From an uncultured virus (IMG/VR IMGVR_UViG_3300010344_001075) (lineage: Duplodnaviria; Heunggongvirae; Uroviricota; Caudoviricetes), in the IMG/VR virus record IMGVR_UViG_3300010344_001075: a stretch of DNA of 64,000 bases. One strand, written 5' to 3'. Shown here one piece after another: positions 56,255-64,000 of the stretch. Position numbers and translations under genes: made by a program. The notes beneath the pieces were generated by a model. It was given only the letters and a program-made list of their open reading frames with translations. It was not told the DNA's origin and made no database searches. Every line of letters starts with the position of its first letter. Position 1 is the first letter of the stretch.

Positions 56255-57283
56255 TTATTCGTTTGCGTCAGCACAGGCATCATACATTTTACAGGTTTCA
56301 CATTTGTCGTACTTCTCAAAGTCAACGCCAAACCTGTACCCATGTGGACAGGTGTCTTTGCCTTTCGCAGTTGTTTTCTTCCCTGGCTTTTCTTCTTCCT
56401 CCTCTTCAGGTTCTGTTTTTCTTGCCAGTTTACCTATAGGTTTACGAGTGAAAGTTTTCTTGGCAGCTGGTTTTTCTTCCTCCTCTTCCTCTTCCTCTTC
56501 TTCAGTTGGTTTGGTTTTACGTTTACTTGAATTCAACGTACCCCCGTCTTCTTCATGTTCCATCTCCCAGAACTTGGCCTCAAGTTCTTCGAAAGAAAGC
56601 ATTATAAGCATCTCATCAAGTGCTGGAACATCTTCAAGGATAGATTCATCATACTGTTGATCCCTCTCAACAAAGTCAATTCTGGAAGCCTCGGCAAACG
56701 GTTGGCTATTACCGATTGTCTGGCTTTCAAAACGGATTTTGACACTGTACCCTTCTTCCAGATCGGCGAAGTTTTTGTATTCTGGGTTCTCCTTTGCTTC
56801 CTTGAGCAGAAGTTCAGTGAACAGGTACTTACTGATGTCAAAGATACAAATCTGATCTTTCAGTTTCCTGTCATCAAGTGGGACAACAACAAACAGGTTC
56901 CTTTCAGAGGGTTTTAATGCTCTTGTCTCTTCCTGCGGAGCCTGTGCCTTTATCCTCTTGGCACGGTACTCACATATTGGGCACCTCTGCTTGATAGAGG
57001 TGGGACAAACGACAGTGTCATTTGAGGCACCAATGTTTCTGTGTACGAAATAGGGGAGTCTCCACCACAGATCTCCTTTGGCAGCACCTTCTGGGTGGTG
57101 ATCAGACGTAACTTCATAAGGAATTATGTCAAGGGTAACTTTACATCCCTTTGCATCTGGTGAGTACACACTGATACCCTTCGGTAGTTGCAGGTACCCG
57201 TATGTTGCACCTGATCTTTCACTTTTTTGGATAGCATCATCGATAGCTTCCGCAAAATTAGTTTTTCTCTTCTTCTGTACCAT
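56255..57283 (-). CDS. single-stranded DNA-binding protein (gp32-like)
   Basis: H...VVCP...CPICE zinc motif, acidic C-region, replication context. Confidence 0.75.
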   Translation of the reverse strand: MVQKKRKTNFAEAIDDAIQKSERSGATYGYLQLPKGISVYSPDAKGCKVTLDIIPYEVTSDHHPEGAAKGDLWWRLPYFVHRNIGASNDTVVCPTSIKQRCPICEYRAKRIKAQAPQEETRALKPSERNLFVVVPLDDRKLKDQICIFDISKYLFTELLLKEAKENPEYKNFADLEEGYSVKIRFESQTIGNSQPFAEASRIDFVERDQQYDESILEDVPALDEMLIMLSFEELEAKFWEMEHEEDGGTLNSSKRKTKPTEEEEEEEEEEKPAAKKTFTRKPIGKLARKTEPEEEEEEKPGKKTTAKGKDTCPHGYRFGVDFEKYDKCETCKMYDACADANE

Positions 57284-57422
57284 TTTGTTTGTGTTTCATT
57301 TTTTGTTTATATTTCTTGTAAAGGTAATCATCAATCTCATGGAGTATGCCTTTCATTCCTATCCTTGATAGGACATAAACGGCAAGTACGCCAAGAGCTC
57401 CATATAGTATTACTTCCCACAT
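57258..57422 (-). CDS. small membrane protein (MWEVILYGALGVLAVYVLSRIG...)
   Basis: Read by hand; fills the intergenic gap exactly. Confidence 0.5.
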   Translation of the reverse strand: MWEVILYGALGVLAVYVLSRIGMKGILHEIDDYLYKKYKQKMKHKQNGTEEEKN

Positions 57423-57425
57423 GGC

Positions 57426-57911
57426 TTATTTCTTCCGTGATAGCCCTCTGCCGATTTCACCACTTACGGCCTTTTCCCTGGCAGCTCTTTGTTCAGCCAA
57501 ATCTCTCGGAACAGATGGGCCGGCAAAGTACTGCTGTCCATGTAATCGAACCAAGTTTTCCAAAGCGGCCTTTCTGGTAAAGCTAAATTCGTTCTTTGCC
57601 ACCTCTGCCATGTCAAGTTCGTATTGGGCTTGCACCCAGGCTTCCTTTGCCTCCTTGTGCCGCTTATGATTACGGTAGTAGGCTTCTATGTCAGCCGCAT
57701 TGGGTTTTTCTTTATTGCAGCATTTGACAGGGTCTAAGTTTGCTTCCGCAATCAATTCGGCTCGGATAACCTTTATACGCTCTTCAGCCTTGGTCAATTC
57801 TCTTTTACGAATCGCCCAATGTCGACCATACCGCAAGGCAAGACTTGCCTGTTCCAACCACTCTACATCGAGAGCAGTATCATCAATTCTTATGTCACTT
57901 TCGTAGTCCAT
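57426..57911 (-). CDS. UvsY-like recombination mediator
   Basis: ID...LD.EW..Q helical protein between the clamp loader and SSB. Confidence 0.6.
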   Translation of the reverse strand: MDYESDIRIDDTALDVEWLEQASLALRYGRHWAIRKRELTKAEERIKVIRAELIAEANLDPVKCCNKEKPNAADIEAYYRNHKRHKEAKEAWVQAQYELDMAEVAKNEFSFTRKAALENLVRLHGQQYFAGPSVPRDLAEQRAAREKAVSGEIGRGLSRKK

Positions 57912-57914
57912 CTA

Positions 57915-58826
57915 TCAATTTTTAGTTACTGCATAACAAGCGTAAACAAGTTGTGGAAAACCACTATCGTAAAACGGTGTTAAGAATTCTTCCAAAACCC
58001 GTCCTGCCCGTACCATGTCTGACTTCAACAAAACAGATTGGCAGTATCCAAGAACAACGCGACGGATGCTCTCCGCTTCCTGATCCTTTAAGCCAACCAA
58101 TATCTTGTTAACTTCCCCCCAGGGTTTCTTATTTAACAGGGCACGACAGAGTTCAATTGACTGTGATTGTTCAGCGGCACTCTGTTGTGCTACCTCTATC
58201 CGTTTGTCCTCGGGAACACTAAGCACACGTTCGAGAATTTGCAGGGCATTCCGGGGATGTCCGAGACTATCACGTGTTATAACGTCGTACACCTCCTTTG
58301 AGACTGTTGCTCCCTCCTTCGCGACTACACGGCGCAATAATTTGAACATCTGAGATTCGTCCAAAACCTTTACCTGTAACTGTACACACCGACCTTTTAT
58401 GGTTGGTAGAAGTTTCTGTGGGTCAGTTGTACATAGTACGAAGTAGACATGTGATGGAGTATCCTCAAGAATCTTAAGCAATGCATTCTGGGCATCGTTT
58501 GTCATCTTGTGGCACTCATCAATTATCCATACACGGCAGTCTGATTCCATTGCCATGTACTCGCTCGTACGACGTATCTCACGGATGGTATCAATACCAC
58601 GGAAGTCAGCTGAGTCTACTTCCTTTAGATCGGATCCGCTGGAGTTAAGTTTACGGGCAATGATTCTTGCGATAGTTGTCTTGCCACAACCCGTTGGGCC
58701 ATGGAGAAGAAAGGAATGTGGGCAAGAGTCAGTATTGCCCAGCATTCCTTCAAGAGAGGCAATCACTTCGTCATTGCCACGCATTTGGGTTAGGTCGGTT
58801 GGTCTGTATTTCAAATATAAGCTCAT
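57915..58826 (-). CDS. dnaX: clamp loader (DnaX gamma/tau-like)
   Basis: LYLKYRP, GPTGCGKTT, IIDECH, AQNALLK.LE, TI..RC. Confidence 0.92.
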   Translation of the reverse strand: MSLYLKYRPTDLTQMRGNDEVIASLEGMLGNTDSCPHSFLLHGPTGCGKTTIARIIARKLNSSGSDLKEVDSADFRGIDTIREIRRTSEYMAMESDCRVWIIDECHKMTNDAQNALLKILEDTPSHVYFVLCTTDPQKLLPTIKGRCVQLQVKVLDESQMFKLLRRVVAKEGATVSKEVYDVITRDSLGHPRNALQILERVLSVPEDKRIEVAQQSAAEQSQSIELCRALLNKKPWGEVNKILVGLKDQEAESIRRVVLGYCQSVLLKSDMVRAGRVLEEFLTPFYDSGFPQLVYACYAVTKN

Positions 58827-58859
58827 CCTGTTGGGGTTTAAAACATATTATACGAAAAA

Positions 58860-60248
58860 TCATTTAATTTTGTATTCATCCTTTTCCGCCCAGCTTCCGT
58901 CAACTGGGCAAAGTTCTATTTCTACTTCAAGTGGCACAATAATCCAAGGCCAATGTGCCGGGAGGTCTTCACAGGTAACACGATGTACAACTTTCACAAC
59001 ATACTCTAATTCGTCAGGGTGTACATCAAGTATCATACTGTCATGTATCTGTCCTACAAGTCGTGTCCTCCAATTCTCTTCCTGAGATATCCTGTCAATC
59101 TCCGTAAAGGCCCAAAGTAGGCAATGAAAGGCAGCACCTTGTACAGGATAGTTGATGCAGTCATTCTTCCCCATAACACCGTGGCAGCGGAAGCCTGTGT
59201 ACATATCAATATATCCATACTTTTGATATGTTTTCCACCAACGATCTTTCCATGCGGCATAGTCAGCAAAACGGACACCCCAGAAGTCTGACTCAATCTT
59301 TTTCACATGGTTGATAAAGGTATCAAGAGATTTGATTCCCTTTTCAATAAAGTGATCTGACAAATGGGCTCCGTCAATTTCTATTCCTTGTCCAGGTTTC
59401 CATTTGGTAGGAGGCAACTTACCCCAATTGCAAGCCATGTACGTAGCACAGTTCTTGTAATAGTCACCGTAGAATTCCGGGAAAACAAAACCATTCTTTG
59501 CCGCTTGTCTCAGTACCTTGTGGGCTGGATTAGATTTGTCAAACGAATCTAACATAAAGATTTGGACGGCCATATCTCTATGCATATCCCCTTGCGTAAT
59601 GTCATATATCAATTGTTGATCATGGTTGTAACATGCCGCTATTCTTACCTCAAGTTGACTGTAATCAACTTCCATTAACTGATGTCCTGGACGGGGGTAC
59701 AATGCTTTGCGAACAATCTGCATAGATTCCTCATCCCGTTTTGGTATGTTTTGAAAGTTAGGGTGGTCGGAGCTTGAGCGAAACGTACGAACAAGATGTA
59801 AGTTGAAGAACGGATGTATGTATCCTTTTACCTGTTCTCTTGAAAAGGCTTCAAGGTATGTGTCCCGTACCTTTTTCAACTTACGCATGTCTAACAGTAT
59901 GTCTAACTCAGGTATGTTTAACTGGCGTAAGGTTTCCTCATCGGTAGAACCTTGTCCAGACTCCGTTTCCTTTTCAACTTCCAACTTCTTTGTCTTGTAC
60001 AGGAAGTGGGCAAGTTGTGCGTTGGAGTTGATGTTTACCCTGCCACCTCGAGAATGTTCCCAATGCCGATAGAAATCTGAGGCCTTAAACTTCCGTTCAA
60101 GCCTGTTTATTTTGGAAGTTAGATTGGCTTTACGTTGTTCAAGGTACTCTAAGTCAACACGAAGCCCTTGTTGTTCGGCTCTAGCAATGGCAAGAATACC
60201 ATTATGCATCAAACGGTACGCGGCTTCACTATGTGGGCTGGTATCCAT
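58860..60248 (-). CDS. polA: family A DNA polymerase, polymerase domain
   Basis: R.SS..PNFQNIP, DYSQLEVR, R..AK...F...YG, NYPVQG, QIHDS. Confidence 0.95.
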   Translation of the reverse strand: MDTSPHSEAAYRLMHNGILAIARAEQQGLRVDLEYLEQRKANLTSKINRLERKFKASDFYRHWEHSRGGRVNINSNAQLAHFLYKTKKLEVEKETESGQGSTDEETLRQLNIPELDILLDMRKLKKVRDTYLEAFSREQVKGYIHPFFNLHLVRTFRSSSDHPNFQNIPKRDEESMQIVRKALYPRPGHQLMEVDYSQLEVRIAACYNHDQQLIYDITQGDMHRDMAVQIFMLDSFDKSNPAHKVLRQAAKNGFVFPEFYGDYYKNCATYMACNWGKLPPTKWKPGQGIEIDGAHLSDHFIEKGIKSLDTFINHVKKIESDFWGVRFADYAAWKDRWWKTYQKYGYIDMYTGFRCHGVMGKNDCINYPVQGAAFHCLLWAFTEIDRISQEENWRTRLVGQIHDSMILDVHPDELEYVVKVVHRVTCEDLPAHWPWIIVPLEVEIELCPVDGSWAEKDEYKIK

Positions 60249-60559
60249 TCTTTAAATCGTTTTTCAAATGTTCGTACTATTTCATCTGCTTTGTTACAAA
60301 ACACAGGATCACTCATTTCCTTACGGGCTCTAATAAGTTTGAGCTCATGCACGATGTTATTGTAATTCTCCTCGGTGATCCCACATTTGTTTACATAATC
60401 CCCGAACATGCACAACCTGGCATAGATAGGGCTTCCGTACACTTTATGCACTCTTTTAGCTTCGTTCTTCCCATGCCACCACAGGACAACTATGGTAAAA
60501 AGAAACAAGCCAATTAAGACTACAACCTCTAAAGGTTTCATTGTTGGTAATGCTTCCAT
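60209..60559 (-). CDS. hypothetical membrane-anchored protein between the two PolA parts
   Basis: N-terminal TM helix. Confidence 0.65.
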   Translation of the reverse strand: MEALPTMKPLEVVVLIGLFLFTIVVLWWHGKNEAKRVHKVYGSPIYARLCMFGDYVNKCGITEENYNNIVHELKLIRARKEMSDPVFCNKADEIVRTFEKRFKEWIPAHIVKPRTV

Positions 60560-60561
60560 GA

Positions 60562-61779
60562 TTAGAAAGGTAATAAGATTTGACTTTGTTGTAACATTGC
60601 TAACCGATATTCATATATCGTATCGAGGGCACAATACGTTAGGAGTTTTTCAGTTCCCCCTGGTACTGTAAGAAGTTCAAGTACACGATTAAGTCCATTG
60701 CCATCACTATTATCAACGGCATGTAAATATGGAGAGATCTCACTTGCGTAATCAACGACACCAAGTTGTACGTAGGTTTGAAACTTAAGACTTGTTATCC
60801 CTGGACGGTTGTCAAGAATGTGTGCGGCTTGCATACTATCCCAATACCAGTTGACGACGGGTTGTCTTAATCGTACGACACTCCAAGTATCCTCAAATTT
60901 CATGTTGTGTGCCATCTTTCCTACTTTGGGATTGGCTAACAAGTCAAGGAACGGTTGTCGTTCGGCCTTTGTTTCTGGCATCAAAAACGCATACGTATGA
61001 TCTGGGGAATCAGCAACTGCCGCACAAACGACACGATGCCCTGCGGCATGTGGCTTAAGACCCGTTGTCTCATAGTCGATCGCAACAGGACCTTTTATAC
61101 GTTTCAATACGGATAAGTCTTCAATTATCTCAATCTCCGGCTCATTGTATTTCGGCAGAGCACCAAGTGCAAAGGCCTGTTTCAAATCCCTTTTCCATAT
61201 GGCTTGTACGTCAGGTTGTTCTGAGACTCGTTCAATGTAACTCGGATGAAATGTAGGACAGAGCCAAGCATTAAAATCTAAATCAGGTATTGTAAACCCC
61301 CGCCACTTACTTATCGTCCCCAGATCTTTCATCCAACGATGTCCTATTATGCTGTATAGTGCCGTATTTCCGAGGATAATAATTTTATGTGGGCAATACT
61401 CCTCTATTGTCCGAAGTATTGACCTACGGCAGCATTCCGCCTCAAAATTAGAAGGTGGGCGGTTAGTTCCCTTAAGATCTACAGGCCTACATAAAACCGC
61501 GTTGATGTTAACACAATCTTCAAACAAATCAATACCTAATGAAGAGTATGTTTTTTGGAGAAGCTTGCCAACTTTACCCTGCCAGGGTTTTCCTGTACGA
61601 TCCTCTGCCTCTCCCGGAGCCTCACCTATGTTCAGTATCTTCTTTTTGAAATTACCGAAAGGTTTCATTTGTGGGGATTCACAGGTTCGGTGTAGGCCGC
61701 AAGTTACACAGGTGCCAACCTTACCCGCCGGTCGTGTAATTGACTCGACCTCTTTCTTTGTGAAGAACCCCTCTATCAT
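60562..61779 (-). CDS. UDG family-4-like + 3'-5' exonuclease (N-terminal part of an SPO1-type PolA)
   Basis: C..C.L, GEAPG..ED, CRP, TFHPSY; DYETTGL, HNMKFE, YCALD. Confidence 0.9.
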   Translation of the reverse strand: MIEGFFTKKEVESITRPAGKVGTCVTCGLHRTCESPQMKPFGNFKKKILNIGEAPGEAEDRTGKPWQGKVGKLLQKTYSSLGIDLFEDCVNINAVLCRPVDLKGTNRPPSNFEAECCRRSILRTIEEYCPHKIIILGNTALYSIIGHRWMKDLGTISKWRGFTIPDLDFNAWLCPTFHPSYIERVSEQPDVQAIWKRDLKQAFALGALPKYNEPEIEIIEDLSVLKRIKGPVAIDYETTGLKPHAAGHRVVCAAVADSPDHTYAFLMPETKAERQPFLDLLANPKVGKMAHNMKFEDTWSVVRLRQPVVNWYWDSMQAAHILDNRPGITSLKFQTYVQLGVVDYASEISPYLHAVDNSDGNGLNRVLELLTVPGGTEKLLTYCALDTIYEYRLAMLQQSQILLPF

Positions 61780-62807
61780 TTGTTGTTCTTAAGAGCTTTC
61801 AGAATACCAACGTACACCCAGCCACTACCTGCGAACTTTATACGGTTACTTGTTAGTTCACAGGCTTGAGTTTCTTTCAGAATATCCTTCAACAGATATG
61901 GAGTAATGACAAAGGCTATTTTCTTTCCTTCATACTTTTCCATCTCTAATGTTTCCACGAAGCGACCTGTATCCGAAGTGGCTTCCATTGTGAGGCCTTC
62001 ATCGTCTACCGTTATGTGTATTTCTTCTTCCAACATGCGTTCACGTTTGGAGAACACCATGGCACGGGCAAGTGTCTCATCAAGCCCCTCCGGCAGGATA
62101 ACCCTTGTACCGGATACCTGTAAGTGTTGATCCATTGCTGGATACTTGTCTTCGGCAAACAAACGACATGAAATTATTGTACCCCCTTGACAACGAAAAT
62201 GGGCCCAACCTTGTCCCAATGCAATTCGTGTAGGTGCCAACTTAACCATCTCCACAACCGAAGCGGCAGGGATAAGTAAAGTAGGAATGGATAGTTCAGT
62301 TGATAATGTATAACGTGTGATACGGTAGCCGTCTGATGCCTCAACGAAACCGTCCTTGTTTATGTGTACACAGGTGAGAAGTGGTTGACTCATGTTTGTT
62401 CCGCTTGAAGTCATTACGAAACGGCAGGCATCAATAAACCCCTCAGGTAGTTTCTCCCACTTGCCTTTCTCTCCGAGTTGTTCTTCAAGGGGTAGTTTGA
62501 TTTCACTTTGTAAGGTGAAGTTTGCCTTTGCTCGTCCAGCTGACAGCACAACTTCGGCATCGTTAATTTCAAGATCAATTTCTTTTTGTGACACCTTGCC
62601 AAGAAACTTGTACAGGTTCTCTGCTGAGATGGCCCCTGTCAAATTGAGGAAGTCCACAGGATGAGAAATACTGATCTCATCATTGTAAGTGACTACCTTT
62701 CCGTTTACAAAGGCAAAAGAAGTTGATTGCTCTATCAAATCTCTGTTTGCCAAACCTGGCTTAACAATTTCAAGAGCTGTTTTTAGATCATCCTTTACTA
62801 TTTTCAT
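61776..62807 (-). CDS. dnaN: sliding clamp (DnaN beta-like)
   Basis: ASDGYRI, SCRL....YP, size and context. Confidence 0.8.
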   Translation of the reverse strand: MKIVKDDLKTALEIVKPGLANRDLIEQSTSFAFVNGKVVTYNDEISISHPVDFLNLTGAISAENLYKFLGKVSQKEIDLEINDAEVVLSAGRAKANFTLQSEIKLPLEEQLGEKGKWEKLPEGFIDACRFVMTSSGTNMSQPLLTCVHINKDGFVEASDGYRITRYTLSTELSIPTLLIPAASVVEMVKLAPTRIALGQGWAHFRCQGGTIISCRLFAEDKYPAMDQHLQVSGTRVILPEGLDETLARAMVFSKRERMLEEEIHITVDDEGLTMEATSDTGRFVETLEMEKYEGKKIAFVITPYLLKDILKETQACELTSNRIKFAGSGWVYVGILKALKNNK

Positions 62808-63345
62808 TCTTCATATGGTTTAATAAGGTTTCTTTTAACTTGGATACAGGAAGTAATGTACCATCCAGGTATTCCGGTGCAACATACATGCGGTTTACTT
62901 TCTTGTCTTTGTGTCGATAAGATGTGTGCCAATATTTTGTGGGGATATCTCCGTACTTGAAAAATACAAACCAACCAGTTCGTACGAATAAAAGAACACA
63001 TACCCCCTCTCCTCCTAATTTTTCTAAGGCATACTTGACACGATCCTTTTCAGCCGTGGCTTTAACGATTGATGAGGGCATATCATAACGAACATGCCCT
63101 TGTATCTGTTTAACGTAATCAACAACAGACATTTGACATTTAACAGGAACCGCCGTATATTCTTTTGAGGTGATCCATTGTGTATTACCAACTATTTGGC
63201 TTTCTTTCGTTGGAACTTCCTTTACAGGAGTCAATACGAAACCAGCCTCTTCCAATATTGGACGTAGGAATAACTCAATATCTTGTAGGTTTTTATCCCC
63301 ACCAAAGACATGTTCTTTTTCAGGTAACGGAAATAACGTATCCAT
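62788..63345 (-). CDS. hypothetical protein
   Basis: 185-aa ORF in the operon. Confidence 0.65.
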   Translation of the reverse strand: MDTLFPLPEKEHVFGGDKNLQDIELFLRPILEEAGFVLTPVKEVPTKESQIVGNTQWITSKEYTAVPVKCQMSVVDYVKQIQGHVRYDMPSSIVKATAEKDRVKYALEKLGGEGVCVLLFVRTGWFVFFKYGDIPTKYWHTSYRHKDKKVNRMYVAPEYLDGTLLPVSKLKETLLNHMKNENSKG

Positions 63346-64000
63346 TATTTTCTGTATTTTGCTACCGCTTTGGCAATGTTCTCACTCCAATAAGCGTAGC
63401 TGATTAAGATATCAAGTTTGGGCCGTACCTTGCCAAAGATTGCCAAGTGTGTCGTTGTTGAAACACCCATGTACATGATGGTCTTTGGACCTTGTATCAT
63501 CTCTTCCTTCTTGATCAAATTTTCTACGTACGGACGTGGATACACAGGTGTCCTTCTTTGAAGACGTGTCCACATCGTTAAGTTCCACCTCATGCGTTCT
63601 TCCCAGTGATTGGCAAGTGTACGAACTTCGGTGTTAGAAGGTTTGATTATATAACCAAACTCGGGTTTCAGTTCCTTCTTCGGATTCTTCTTGTCTTTAC
63701 GTGTCGGGCGTTGTTCCTGATAACGAAGTTCTCCTAATTCAAACCCACCATCTACTATCAAACCTTCGTATGCCTTTTGAGCACTCGGTGGCAGGCCAAG
63801 AAAACTTGTCTCATTACCAACGACATGTTTAGCCTGATCCGATACACGGCAGATAAACATATCAAAGTATTTAAATTCGTTATCCCGTATTATTGGCAAC
63901 AGGATACTGCCCCATACGGCGGATATGACAGGAGTAAAGGAGTCAACTGAGAACCAGGGATACTTGAGCATCTGATCAATCTGTGTTAAACCAAGCCCAT
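63345..64000 (-). CDS. partial TGT/DpdA-like fold protein (5' end outside the window)
   Basis: Frame open to the window edge: (H)GLGLT....KYPWFSVDS. Confidence 0.5.
   Translation of the reverse strand, partial: GLGLTQIDQMLKYPWFSVDSFTPVISAVWGSILLPIIRDNEFKYFDMFICRVSDQAKHVVGNETSFLGLPPSAQKAYEGLIVDGGFELGELRYQEQRPTRKDKKNPKKELKPEFGYIIKPSNTEVRTLANHWEERMRWNLTMWTRLQRRTPVYPRPYVENLIKKEEMIQGPKTIMYMGVSTTTHLAIFGKVRPKLDILISYAYWSENIAKAVAKYRK

Noticed and set aside
60209..60562. Group I intron or intein in polA
   Set aside because: The gap is filled by an ordinary TM-protein ORF; no intron core or intein motifs recognised.
1..64000. Stop-codon reassignment, tRNA or rRNA genes
   Set aside because: Core genes are intact in the standard code using all three stops; no tRNA cloverleaf or rRNA recognised by eye.

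Overview
A 64-kb piece of a large tailed-phage (siphovirus-like) genome, probably infecting Bacteroidota (TTG-N19/20-TAnnTTTG-type promoters, A-rich leaders on the early genes, Bacteroidota-type tyrosine recombinase). Layout: (i) 1-3.9 kb, small leftward genes; (ii) about 3.9-6.3 kb, non-coding: a ~500-nt hairpin-rich leader and a ~1.6-kb GGTGTC iteron field just before the terminase; (iii) 6.3-43.4 kb, rightward morphogenesis operon (TerS, TerL, an 8-kb accessory/lysis block, portal, head genes, 8 glycan-modifying genes, neck/tail genes, 2384-aa tape measure); (iv) 43.4-64 kb, leftward small genes and replication/recombination genes (split SbcC, SbcD, RuvC, RecA, SSB, clamp loader, split PolA, clamp). 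Best candidates for new biology: (1) a second tail-tube gene whose C-terminal domain and a downstream Asp-box propeller gene lie between inverted recombination-site-like repeats directly upstream of a tyrosine recombinase, with a T9 slip site that could fuse the two ORFs; (2) an integron-like attC/attI cassette array in the phage, with genes nested in or reading through the attC hairpins; (3) a metacaspase with its catalytic His segment moved behind the Cys; (4) a probable virion-glycosylation operon; (5) a shared MxRTK N-terminal tag on unrelated proteins. All family calls are by-eye motif recognition; no searches were run.
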